NCBI GenBank assembly: GCA_002364485.1
Contig: DEYK01000054.1
Coordinates: 20,218-84,217 of the forward strand
Direction: 5' to 3'
Length of the DNA: 64,000 bases
DNA from: Phycisphaerales bacterium UBA3160
GTDB lineage: Bacteria > Planctomycetota > Phycisphaerae > Phycisphaerales > SM1A02
A model generated the notes under the pieces. It was not told the DNA's origin. It did no database searches and worked only from the letters and a program-made list of their open reading frames with translations. How positions within the stretch are numbered: position 1 is the first letter of the stretch; every line of letters begins with the position of its first letter. Position numbers and translations under genes: made by a program. Of the stretch, positions 28,920 through 37,853 are shown in pieces.

Positions 28920-29659
28920 GCCCGTTCGCTCCACTCGCCCTCGCCGCATCACTTCTGTTCGCAGCTCCCCTCGTTGCCGACGAGAACCCTGCCGTCCTGT
29001 CCGTATCGGGCCAGGCCGTGCTGCAGGTCCCCGCGGACCAGCTCCGGATCTCCCTTGGCGTCGACGCCGAGGCGAAGACGGTCGAGGACGCCCATGCCAA
29101 GGCCACCTCGGCCATGGACGACGTCATCAAGGCCATGAAGAAGCTCGGCCTTGAGGAGAAGACCGAGTTCACGATCGAGCGATACAACGTCGACACCCAG
29201 TGGACCCCCCGCCCCCGCAACCCCGGTCCGGACTGGCGATCGAAGATCGTCGGCTACACCGTCCGCACCCAGATGCAGATCAAGACCGGCAAGCTCGAAC
29301 TCGCCGGCCGAATCATCGCAGCCGGCGTCGAAGCCGGAGCGAACGACATCGGCGACGTGATGTTCGATCTCACCGACCCACGCACCTCCCGGCAACAGGC
29401 CATCGAAGCGGCGACGCAGAACGCCATGGTCGATGCCAAGTCCATGGCCGACGCCGCAGGAGTCAAACTCACGAGCATCCAGTCCCTCTCGTTGGACGGA
29501 AGCAACTACCAACCACGCATGTTCAAGGCGGCCGCCGAATACGGACGTTCCGGAGCAATGGCCATGGATTCCATGGCAGCACCGGCTCCGATCATCTCCG
29601 GCGACGTCACTGTGAATGCAAACGTCCGACTTGTCTGGCTGATCACTGGCCCCCAATGA
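28916..29659 (+). CDS. secreted SIMPL-domain (DUF541, BP26/YggE-like) protein
   Basis: Signal peptide MSPFAPLALAASLLFAAPLVA. SIMPL pattern LSVSGQAVLQVPADQLRISLGV...GYTVRTQMQIK...IGDVMFDL...AIEAATQNAMVDAKSMADAAGVKL. The ATG overlaps the atpH stop (ATGA). Confidence 0.8.
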   Translation: MSPFAPLALAASLLFAAPLVADENPAVLSVSGQAVLQVPADQLRISLGVDAEAKTVEDAHAKATSAMDDVIKAMKKLGLEEKTEFTIERYNVDTQWTPRPRNPGPDWRSKIVGYTVRTQMQIKTGKLELAGRIIAAGVEAGANDIGDVMFDLTDPRTSRQQAIEAATQNAMVDAKSMADAAGVKLTSIQSLSLDGSNYQPRMFKAAAEYGRSGAMAMDSMAAPAPIISGDVTVNANVRLVWLITGPQ

Positions 29660-29716
29660 CCGAGCAGACCTGACCACCCCCCGTACCCCATACGGAAGCA
29701 TCCAAGGAAGACCGAC

Positions 29717-31264
29717 GTGAAGATCAAGACCGACGAAATCACCACTGTCATCAAGCAGGAGATCGAACAGTTCTCGAGTGAACTGGAGATCTCCGAAGTT
29801 GGACGCGTCGTCGAAGTCGGCGACGGAATCGCCAGGATCTATGGCCTCTCCAAGGCCATGGCGGGCGAGCTGCTTGAGTTCGAGACGGACCAGGGCCCGA
29901 TCATGGGCCAGGCGATGAACCTCGAGTCGGACACCGTCGGTGCGGTCATCTACGGCAACTACCTCGCCGTCCGCGAAGGCGACGTCGTCCGCTCCACCAG
30001 CCGCTTGCTGGAAGTTCCCGTGGGCGACGGACTCCTCGGCCGCGTCGTCGACCCTCTCGGAACCCCGCTCGACGGCAAGGGACCTCTGGACTCGACCCAG
30101 ACCCGCAAGCTCGACATCGTCGCACCCGGCATCGCCGCCCGGCAGCCGGTGACCGAACCGCTGCAGACGGGAATCAAGGCGATCGACTCCATGATTCCCA
30201 TCGGGCGTGGTCAGCGAGAGCTGATCATCGGCGACCGCAAGACCGGCAAGACCGCCGTCGCACTCGATGCGATCATCAACCAGCGTCAGTTCTGGGGCAC
30301 CGATGAAGCCGTGGTCTGCATCTACGTGGCCGTGGGCCAGAAGGACTCCACCGTGGCGGGCGTCGTCGACACCCTCCGCAAGAACGGTGCGATGGACTAC
30401 ACCATCGTGGTCAACGCAGGAGCCTCCAGCCCCGCCCCGCTTCAGTACATCGCACCGTACGCCGGATGCGCCATGGGCGAGTACTTCATGTGGAACGGCA
30501 AGGAGAACAAGCTTCCGAAGCACGTCCTCTGCGTCTACGACGATCTCTCGAAGCAGGCGACCGCATATCGCCAGCTCTCGCTGCTCCTTCGTCGTCCGCC
30601 CGGACGCGAAGCCTATCCCGGCGATGTGTTCTACCTGCACAGCCGTCTTCTGGAACGAGCCACCAAGCTCTCCGACGAGAACGGCGGAGGCTCGCTGACC
30701 GCACTTCCGATCATCGAGACCCAGGAAGGCGACGTTTCGGCCTACATCCCCACCAACGTGATCTCGATCACCGACGGACAGATCTATCTGCAGCCCGAAC
30801 TGTTCTCCTCCGGCGTCCGCCCGGCCGTGAACGTCGGCATCTCGGTCAGCCGCGTCGGCGGCAACGCCCAGATCAAGGCGATGAAGGAGGTCGCCGGATC
30901 CCTGCGACTCGACCTCGCCTCCTTCCGCGAGCTCGAGGCATTCGCACAGCTCGGAACCGAGTTGGACAAGGCCAGTCAGCAGCAGCTCGATCGAGGTGGA
31001 CGAATGGTCGAACTGCTGAAGCAGGGCCAGTACTCCCCCTTCGACGTCATCGACCAGTGCATCTCGATCTACGCAGGCTCCAAGGGCTTCCTGGACAATC
31101 TGCCGCTCGACAAGGTCCACGACTTCGAAAGCGACATGCTGGACCACTTCCGAGGCCCCGGCAAATCGCTTCGCGACAAGCTGGTCGAGGAGCGGTCCTT
31201 CAAGAAGCTCGGAGGCGAGTTCGAAACCGCCATCGGCGAGTTCAAGAAGGTCTGGACCAGCTGA
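29717..31264 (+). CDS. atpA: F1 ATP synthase subunit alpha
   Basis: The GTG start has AAGGAAG upstream. Walker [14 protein letters not shown], plus the [23 protein letters not shown] and ITDGQIYL blocks. Confidence 0.95.
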   Translation: MKIKTDEITTVIKQEIEQFSSELEISEVGRVVEVGDGIARIYGLSKAMAGELLEFETDQGPIMGQAMNLESDTVGAVIYGNYLAVREGDVVRSTSRLLEVPVGDGLLGRVVDPLGTPLDGKGPLDSTQTRKLDIVAPGIAARQPVTEPLQTGIKAIDSMIPIGRGQRELIIGDRKTGKTAVALDAIINQRQFWGTDEAVVCIYVAVGQKDSTVAGVVDTLRKNGAMDYTIVVNAGASSPAPLQYIAPYAGCAMGEYFMWNGKENKLPKHVLCVYDDLSKQATAYRQLSLLLRRPPGREAYPGDVFYLHSRLLERATKLSDENGGGSLTALPIIETQEGDVSAYIPTNVISITDGQIYLQPELFSSGVRPAVNVGISVSRVGGNAQIKAMKEVAGSLRLDLASFRELEAFAQLGTELDKASQQQLDRGGRMVELLKQGQYSPFDVIDQCISIYAGSKGFLDNLPLDKVHDFESDMLDHFRGPGKSLRDKLVEERSFKKLGGEFETAIGEFKKVWTS

Positions 31265-31297
31265 CCGGTCTTCGAGCCCTTCAATCCATGATCCCCG

Positions 31298-31334
31298 GAC
31301 GCTCCATCGGAACCCGATGGAGCGTCTTCATTTG
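31298..31334 (+). terminator. Rho-independent terminator after atpA
   Basis: GACGCTCCATCG (31298-31309) pairs perfectly with CGATGGAGCGTC (31315-31326). The loop is GAACC and a TTCATTTG tail follows. Confidence 0.75.
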
Positions 31335-31373
31335 GGGGGACAAACCACGCATCGAGCCGATGATGGAGGTGCC

Positions 31374-32402
31374 ATGAAAGAGAACAATCCCCATCTCCAC
31401 GCCGCAATGCAGGCCGTCGCCACGGCCTGTCACGTGACCCGAGCCGTGCAGGAACGTCTTCAGGAGGTCACCGCCCTCACCAAGGACGATCGAAGCCCCG
31501 TCACCGTCGCCGACTACGCCGCTCAGGCCATCGTCGCCCTGACGCTCCACGATCTCCTTGGAAATCCGGCCGACCACCTCATCGTCGGCGAGGAGGATGC
31601 GGCCGGACTCGCCGGAGACGACTCGAAGATCGTCCGGCAAGCCGTGGTGGAGACCGTCCAGCACTGGCGAAGCGGCATCACCGAAGAGCAGGTGCTCGAA
31701 GCCATCGACTCGTGCAATCACGACGGTTCAGCGGATGCCTACTGGACACTCGACCCCGTGGACGGCACCAAGGGCTTCCTTCGCGGGCAGCAGTATGCGA
31801 TCGCGCTCGGACGGATCGAGGACGGACGGGTCGTGAACGGAGTCATGGGCTGCCCCGCCCTGCCGATCTCACAGGATGCTCCACTCGATGTCCCCGATCC
31901 GGATGGTGTGCTCTACGCCGCCGCACTGGGCGAAGGCGCCTGGGAATTCTCCGGATGCGATCCGGAAGCCGGACCCCTTCGAATCGGAGCGCGGGCCGGT
32001 CAGGGCGGACGTCCGTGGCGGTTCTGCGGCTCCGTCGAAAAGGCCCATTCCAATCGCAACGACACCGACCGCGTGGCGGATGAAGTCGGGAACGTCGGTG
32101 AACCGGTCCGACTCGACAGCCAGTGCAAGTACGCGATGGTGGCGAGGGGCCAGGCCGATGGATACCTTCGCCTCCCGACCCGAGCCGGCTACGTCGAGAA
32201 GATCTGGGACCATGCGGCCGGTTCGATCATCGCCACCGAAGGCGGTGCCCTCGTCTCGGACATCCACGGGCGACCACTGGACTTCGGATGCGGCGGTCTG
32301 CTGGAACGAAACCGCGGAGTGATCTGCGCAACACCGGATGTCCACGCTAGCATCATCGATGCGATCCGCACGCTCGGCATCGATGCAGAGTCGGCAAGCT
32401 GA
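31374..32402 (+). CDS. 3'(2'),5'-bisphosphate nucleotidase (HAL2/CysQ-type, inositol monophosphatase superfamily)
   Basis: KDDRSPVTVADYAAQ, WTLDPVDGTKGFLRG and KYAMVARGQADGYLRLP. The start is placed after the terminator at the ATG with GGAGG upstream. Confidence 0.82.
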   Translation: MKENNPHLHAAMQAVATACHVTRAVQERLQEVTALTKDDRSPVTVADYAAQAIVALTLHDLLGNPADHLIVGEEDAAGLAGDDSKIVRQAVVETVQHWRSGITEEQVLEAIDSCNHDGSADAYWTLDPVDGTKGFLRGQQYAIALGRIEDGRVVNGVMGCPALPISQDAPLDVPDPDGVLYAAALGEGAWEFSGCDPEAGPLRIGARAGQGGRPWRFCGSVEKAHSNRNDTDRVADEVGNVGEPVRLDSQCKYAMVARGQADGYLRLPTRAGYVEKIWDHAAGSIIATEGGALVSDIHGRPLDFGCGGLLERNRGVICATPDVHASIIDAIRTLGIDAESAS

Positions 32403-32429
32403 TCACGCCCTGCGACGAGGAGTCCTCCC

Positions 32430-34256
32430 GTGGCATTCGAAGCCTGGTTCACACTCGCAATCATCGCCCTGATCATCGTCGCGCTGATCTCGAATCGAAT
32501 CGGCATGGACGTCGCGATGCTCGGCGGCCTCGTCGTCCTCATGGCCACCGGCATCGTCTCGGTGGACCGGGGCATCGAAGGATTCGCCTCGCAGGCGGTG
32601 CTGATGATCGCGGGGCTCTACGTGATCGCCGCCGGCATGCGGGAGACGGGAGCGATCGAGATCGCGGCCAACCGCCTGCTGGGCCGACCACGATCCGCGA
32701 ACGAAGCGAAGATCCGGCTGCTCGGTCCCGTCGCGCTGCTTTCGGGATTCATGAACAACACGCCGATCGTCGCGATGTGCATCCCGCTGATTCGAAACTG
32801 GTCGAGACGGCTCGGCATCAGCCCCTCCACTCTGTACATGCCTCTGAGCTTCTCGGCCATCCTCGGTGGACGGCTCACGATGATCGGAACCGCGTCAAAC
32901 CTCGTCGTCATCGGCCTGTTCACCCAGTACATGACCAAGGACCACCCCTGGCTCACGGACATCGGATTTTCAATGCCGGCGGAATGGGTGCTCTTCTTCG
33001 GCGTCGGAGCGATCGGTCTGCCTTGTGTCGTGCTCGGCATCATCTTCATCATTCTGACTTCGCGGTTCCTGCTTCCGGAACGCATGCCGGTCGAAAGTTC
33101 TCCCCTCGATGCCAGGACCTATCAGGTCGAAATGGTGGTCGCGGCGGATGCACCGATCAAGGGAAGCACGATCGAACAGGCCGGACTCCGACAGTTGCCC
33201 GGTCTGTTCCTCAGCCAGATCGACCGGGGCGGCGTGATCATGCCTGCGGTCGGCCCCGACGAGATCCTTGAAGCCGGCGACCGGCTCGGCTTCGTGGGCG
33301 TCCTGGATTCGGTGATGGATCTTCGTCGCATTCGAGGCCTCGAGCCCGCGACCGACCAGACCGGCAAGCTCACGGGAAGCACCGGCTCCAGAACGCTGGC
33401 CGAAGTGGTGGTCTCCGCCAACTCGCCGCTCGTCGGACACAGCGTGCGAAGTTCGCGGTTTCGGACCCGTTACAACGCCGTGATCATCGCAGTGCATCGT
33501 CAGGGCGAGAAGGTCGAAGGGAAGATCGGCGACATCCGCCTCCGCATCGGCGACACCCTCCTGCTCGACACGCACGTCGGTTTCCTCGAGGCCCACCGCG
33601 ACGATCCGGACTTCTATCTCGTCTCGAAGGTCGACGAGTCGCGTCCGATCCGACACGACCGGGCGATGCTGTCGATGGGGATCCTCGTGCTGATGGTGGG
33701 ACTGCTCATCGGCGGCGGATCGATCAACATTCCTCCCCTGCTGGCCGTGTGGATCTGCGCGATCCTGATGGTCTTCAGCCGTTGCGTCACCGGAACCGTC
33801 GCACGAGCCAGCATCAATCTTCAGGTCCTCGTCAGCATCGGGGCCGCGATCGGACTCGGAGCCGCGTTGGAGGAGAGCGGCGCGGCGACGGACATCGTCG
33901 GCTGGCTGATCGGGAATGCGACCGACATGCAGCTGCATCCGACGCTGATGCTGCTCATCCTGTTCGTCATCGGAAACGTCCTGTCGCAGCTGGTCACTCC
34001 CTACGCCGCTTCGGTGCTCATGTTCCCGATCGTGATGCAGGCGGCGGAACTGCTCGAAGTGAGCCCGCTGGCCTACGTCTTCACCCTCATGATCGCAGGA
34101 TGCAACTTCAGTACGCCGATCGGATACCAGACCAACCTCATGGTCTACGGTCCGGGTGGCTACCGCTTCCTCGACTACGCCAGACTCGGGATTCCGCTGA
34201 CGATCCTGGTCGCAGTCATCTGTGTGATCGTTGCCCCGCTCGTCTTCCCATACTGA
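32430..34256 (+). CDS. SLC13/DASS-family anion permease with two central TrkA-C domains
   Basis: The GTG start has GAGGAG upstream. An N- and a C-terminal multi-TM half flank two RCK_C-like modules (KGSTIEQAGLRQ..., LVGHSVRSSRFR...). Confidence 0.8.
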   Translation: MAFEAWFTLAIIALIIVALISNRIGMDVAMLGGLVVLMATGIVSVDRGIEGFASQAVLMIAGLYVIAAGMRETGAIEIAANRLLGRPRSANEAKIRLLGPVALLSGFMNNTPIVAMCIPLIRNWSRRLGISPSTLYMPLSFSAILGGRLTMIGTASNLVVIGLFTQYMTKDHPWLTDIGFSMPAEWVLFFGVGAIGLPCVVLGIIFIILTSRFLLPERMPVESSPLDARTYQVEMVVAADAPIKGSTIEQAGLRQLPGLFLSQIDRGGVIMPAVGPDEILEAGDRLGFVGVLDSVMDLRRIRGLEPATDQTGKLTGSTGSRTLAEVVVSANSPLVGHSVRSSRFRTRYNAVIIAVHRQGEKVEGKIGDIRLRIGDTLLLDTHVGFLEAHRDDPDFYLVSKVDESRPIRHDRAMLSMGILVLMVGLLIGGGSINIPPLLAVWICAILMVFSRCVTGTVARASINLQVLVSIGAAIGLGAALEESGAATDIVGWLIGNATDMQLHPTLMLLILFVIGNVLSQLVTPYAASVLMFPIVMQAAELLEVSPLAYVFTLMIAGCNFSTPIGYQTNLMVYGPGGYRFLDYARLGIPLTILVAVICVIVAPLVFPY

Positions 34257-34290
34257 TCCGCATCGCACCAGGCGTGCGATTCGGCTGACG

Positions 34291-35202
34291 ATGCTCACGA
34301 TCGGATGCGTGGGCATCGGGTTGTGGCTTGTCGGCATCATCCTTTCCGATCGATTCACCGCGACCCAGTTCTGCTCGTGGATACCGGCGATCGCGATGAC
34401 GCCGCTGTGCCTGCTCGCCGCCGCGGCAGCTCGATCACGCCGGCTCACGACATGCTGGTGCCTGATCGCGGCCATGACCGCGGGATGGTGGTTCCTCGTC
34501 GATCAGCCCTGGCGACCGGGCGAGGGATCCAGCGACGGCCTGACGCTCATGCAGTGGACGATGTCCCACGACAAGTCCGATCGCGTGACCCATGCGGACT
34601 ACATCGTCGAGACGGATGCGGACATCACGATCCTCACCCACGGATACGGCGTCCGCGGTACGGACGAGATCAGGAACTGGCTCGGTCCGGACGCGAAACC
34701 ATACAAACTCGGTTTCTTCACCGTGCTGACCAGATTGCCCGTGCGGCAGTTGCGTCCGCTCGCCGCCGGCATGGACATCCACGCGCGGATCATCGAAATC
34801 GACACGACGCGGCAACTGGGACGACCGATCCGCATCGCAGCGGTCGATCTGCCGTCGAAGCTGACTCGATCCAGATGGGAGATCGCACGCACGCTCCGGA
34901 CCTGGCTCGATGAACGGGATGCGGGCCGCATCGACATCGCTCTGGGCGACTTCAACATGCGACGGGGCAGCGCCGCGCTGGCGTCCATCTTCCCGGATCT
35001 CACGCACGCGTGGGATCGCGCGGGACACGGCTGGGGACCGACCTGGAACCGACGATTCCCCCTCTACCGCATCGACCACGTCCTTGTCGCGGACTGGCTC
35101 GGCGTACTCGACTGCACGACGCACGATCCGGGAATCGGATGGCACCTGACCCAGCACGTCGTCCTCGATGGACCGCGGGAAGTGGATGCTGCTGAGGATT
35201 GA
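34291..35202 (+). CDS. membrane-anchored endonuclease/exonuclease/phosphatase (EEP) family protein, VanJ-like architecture
   Basis: Three N-terminal TM helices are followed by an EEP core, with LGDFNM and the terminal YRIDHVLV motif. Confidence 0.7.
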   Translation: MLTIGCVGIGLWLVGIILSDRFTATQFCSWIPAIAMTPLCLLAAAAARSRRLTTCWCLIAAMTAGWWFLVDQPWRPGEGSSDGLTLMQWTMSHDKSDRVTHADYIVETDADITILTHGYGVRGTDEIRNWLGPDAKPYKLGFFTVLTRLPVRQLRPLAAGMDIHARIIEIDTTRQLGRPIRIAAVDLPSKLTRSRWEIARTLRTWLDERDAGRIDIALGDFNMRRGSAALASIFPDLTHAWDRAGHGWGPTWNRRFPLYRIDHVLVADWLGVLDCTTHDPGIGWHLTQHVVLDGPREVDAAED

Positions 35203-35208
35203 GGTCGA

Positions 35209-36015
35209 TCAGTCGATCAGCGAGGACGTATTGAAGACCTCGTTGATCAGGCTTTCGTGGGCACGAAGTTCCTCGCCCCTGGGATCGTCGACCGGAAGCT
35301 GGGTGAACAGCGTCGGATCGTCCTGCCATTTCACTGAACCGTCTCCCCGAAGGGCGTTGAAGCCGACCCTGTGGTTGAAGTCGCTTTGACGACGGAGTCC
35401 GTCCGTCAGAAGCACCATGCGATCGCCCCGGTCGAACCGACGGGTCTTGAGAGTGTCCCAGTTGAGATGACCGGCATAGTGGTAGTTCGTGTAGATCGTT
35501 CCCGTGCCCCGTTCCCAGTTCTCGGCATAGCGTTCGACGGGATTGTCACCGGAGTGATTCGGGCAGTAGAAGGTCTCGAACGAGTTCAGATAGTGCCAGG
35601 CGTACAACCTACCCAGACCGTCCCATCCCTCGATGGGCTCGTCGAGACTCGTCGGAAAATGCTTCTTGCCGGTCAGGTCGAAGTCCCGATGTCCGCCGTG
35701 GCGAGCAGCCATCAACTCTCCCGGACGGGGAGGATTGGAAAGCAGCACCCGGCTTTCGGGCAGATTGTTCTTGTGATCGGAGCCCCACATGATCAGGGCC
35801 TGACCGATGCTCCGCTGGTGCGAAGAGCTGATCACTCGATTCGCATTCTCACGGATGGACGCCAGCGTCGGAAGCAAGAGGCCGGTGAGGATGCCGGTGA
35901 TCGCGAGGACCACGAGCATCTCGAGAAGACTGAAACCACGATGCTGCAACGACAGACAGAGGTTCCGCTCATCTGATCTGGATTTCACGCGTCGCTTCAG
36001 CACGCGGAACCCCAC
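35209..36015 (-). CDS. DUF1559-type protein with prepilin N-terminal cleavage/methylation domain and H-X9-DG motif
   Basis: RGFSLLEMLVVLAITGILTGLLLP leader and C-terminal HRVGFNALRGDGSV (H-X9-DG). The exact start is uncertain because the 26-aa leader before G-F is long. Confidence 0.82.
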   Translation of the reverse strand: MGFRVLKRRVKSRSDERNLCLSLQHRGFSLLEMLVVLAITGILTGLLLPTLASIRENANRVISSSHQRSIGQALIMWGSDHKNNLPESRVLLSNPPRPGELMAARHGGHRDFDLTGKKHFPTSLDEPIEGWDGLGRLYAWHYLNSFETFYCPNHSGDNPVERYAENWERGTGTIYTNYHYAGHLNWDTLKTRRFDRGDRMVLLTDGLRRQSDFNHRVGFNALRGDGSVKWQDDPTLFTQLPVDDPRGEELRAHESLINEVFNTSSLID

Positions 36016-36247
36016 TTTTCAAAGCCTTGCGGCTTGCAAACCGAGCTGCCCAGGAACGAAACCTGGCCACGGACCCGGTTCATCCGACTTTCCCGAACTC
36101 TTCCATGAACTACTACGCTGTTCACCTGAGCCCGTGAGACGGATTAACCGATTCCCAATAAACAGACTATAGGAAACAGGTGTTTTTGAGCCCGATAAAC
36201 CACACGAACCGACTAGAATTCGATATTCGTAGTGTAAAGGGCTGTTT

Positions 36248-36277
36248 AAGTGGCAAAAAAACCGTTTTTTGCCACTT
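36248..36277. promoter_or_regulatory. perfect 13-bp inverted repeat (hairpin or operator) in an AT-rich divergent intergenic region
   Basis: AAGTGGCAAAAAA-ACCG-TTTTTTGCCACTT. It lies between the divergent DUF1559 gene and the ECF sigma gene. It ends 4 nt before a GGAAC (36282-36286) that could be an ECF-type -35 element. Confidence 0.5.
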
Positions 36278-36334
36278 GTATGGAACCAACAGGGTCTCGC
36301 CCACGAAATCTGGGCTGTCAGGAGTGTGGAGGAC

Positions 36335-36904
36335 ATGGATCAGCAGGACCTGATGCTGATGCATCGCGTCGCGGTAGGCGATGAACAGGCCGTAGAGCAG
36401 CTCTACGACCAGTTCGGCGGTCTGGTCTACAAGGTGTCCAGGCAGCTGCTCCCGACTCAGGCCGAAGCAGAGGATGCCGTACAGGACATCTTCGTGAGGC
36501 TCTGGCAGACAGCGGATCGATTCGATCCCCGACGGGCCCGACTGGTGACATGGGTCATGTTGATCACCCGTCGTCACCTCATAGACCAGTTGCGTCGCAA
36601 ATCCGTGCGGCCCAAACCATCCCTCCTCGACGAGGAGCTGACAGAAGAAGTACGAACCGGGGAACCTGGACTCAAGACCCAGACCGACGAAAGGAACACG
36701 GAACTGAGGCGACAGATCGCGAAACTTCCTGAACTGCAACGCGTTGTGATCGAAAGGTCCTATCTGCAGGGATACACATTGAGGGAAGTGAGCCAGCAGC
36801 TGGATACGCCACTTGGAACCGTTAAGTCGGCATTGAGCCGGGGACTGAACAAACTCAGAGATCAAGCTCAGAGTGAACCAAATGCTGATTGGGCCGCATC
36901 CTGA
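36335..36904 (+). CDS. ECF (group IV) sigma-70 factor
   Basis: Region 2 (DAVQDIFVRLWQTADRFDP...LVTWVMLITRRHLIDQLRRK) and region 4 (GYTLREVSQQLDTPLGTVKSALSRGLNKLR). The ATG is preceded by GGAGTGTGGAGG. Confidence 0.88.
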   Translation: MDQQDLMLMHRVAVGDEQAVEQLYDQFGGLVYKVSRQLLPTQAEAEDAVQDIFVRLWQTADRFDPRRARLVTWVMLITRRHLIDQLRRKSVRPKPSLLDEELTEEVRTGEPGLKTQTDERNTELRRQIAKLPELQRVVIERSYLQGYTLREVSQQLDTPLGTVKSALSRGLNKLRDQAQSEPNADWAAS

Positions 36905-36952
36905 ACCCAATCCCATCACCTGGGCATTAGATTGACATTGGAATCACCACGC

Positions 36953-37795
36953 ATGACATCAAGAACCCATACAACCATGAACGAACTGGTCGAACTCGCG
37001 ACGCTCGATGCGTTCGGTCTCCTGCCCGCGGCCGACGCGGTCAAGTTCGAACAGGCTTTCATGACCGCATCATCCGAGGTGCAGGCCGAGATCCGAAGCA
37101 TCCAGGCCGATCTGGCCACCGACACGACCCTGCTCAACGGCGAAGAACCATCCGCTTCGCTTCGGCAGCGTGTGCTCGATGCCGTCGCCCTCAACATCGA
37201 ATCCGAAGCGGAACGACTTGCTCCACTGGCCACCATCGGCGACAAGGACCACCACATCCGGTCGAATCAGATGGCAAGCTCTCCAGAACACCGCACCTCC
37301 GGCCTCTTCGCCTCCGTGTGGACATGGCGGATGGCCGCCCTGGTGATGTTCGGCGTGGTCGTCACCCTGGCCGTGTTCAACGCGACCTCGAACCGCGAAG
37401 CCACGATGCTCGCCAGCACCTACACCACGCTCAACACGCTCGATGAACTCGAGGATCAGTTCGGTCCCCAGTTCACCGAGTTCGTCCACAATCCAAACTG
37501 CCGACAGTACTACCTGAGTGCAGTCGACGGCACGGGCATGATCCGTGTCGCCGTGAACGAACGCACCGGAAACGCCTTCGTCCTCGGACTGGACCTCGAC
37601 GACAACACGGCCGGCAGCCAGCTTCGACTCTCGTCGACGGACGGCAGCCACGAGACCCTCGCCGTCATTCATCCGAAGGAGGGCTTCGTCGGCCTTTCCA
37701 TCGACACGATCGACACCGGGCTCTTCGCGGCCGGCAGTTTCGACCGCCTCGAGTTGATCAGCCCCGACGGCAAGATCCTCTTCCGAAGCGTCTGA
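36953..37795 (+). CDS. putative anti-sigma factor (RskA-like topology)
   Basis: Sits directly downstream of the ECF sigma gene. N-terminal helical LVELATLDAFGLLPAADAVKFEQAF, a single TM (WRMAALVMFGVVVTLAVF), then an extracytoplasmic domain. Confidence 0.55.
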   Translation: MTSRTHTTMNELVELATLDAFGLLPAADAVKFEQAFMTASSEVQAEIRSIQADLATDTTLLNGEEPSASLRQRVLDAVALNIESEAERLAPLATIGDKDHHIRSNQMASSPEHRTSGLFASVWTWRMAALVMFGVVVTLAVFNATSNREATMLASTYTTLNTLDELEDQFGPQFTEFVHNPNCRQYYLSAVDGTGMIRVAVNERTGNAFVLGLDLDDNTAGSQLRLSSTDGSHETLAVIHPKEGFVGLSIDTIDTGLFAAGSFDRLELISPDGKILFRSV

Positions 37796-37806
37796 CGAAA
37801 GCAACC

Positions 37807-37852
37807 CAACGCAGACTCCACGGACCGGCCCCTGGCCGGTCCGTTTGCGTTG
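37807..37852. terminator. bidirectional terminator hairpin between convergent genes
   Basis: ACGGACCGGCC-CCT-GGCCGGTCCGT forms an 11-bp perfect stem (37820-37844). Outer complementary CAACGCA / TGCGTTG segments flank it. Confidence 0.65.
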
Positions 37853-37853
37853 A

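Noticed and set aside
28949-31147. 732-aa minus-strand ORF
   Set aside because: It lies antisense to the SIMPL gene and atpA. It has no recognisable domains, and the opposite strand carries strongly conserved proteins.
31317-31373. The ORF-track start (ATG at 31317) for the nucleotidase gene
   Set aside because: That ATG lies inside the stem of the atpA terminator. The ATG at 31374 has a GGAGG Shine-Dalgarno and begins the conserved sequence.
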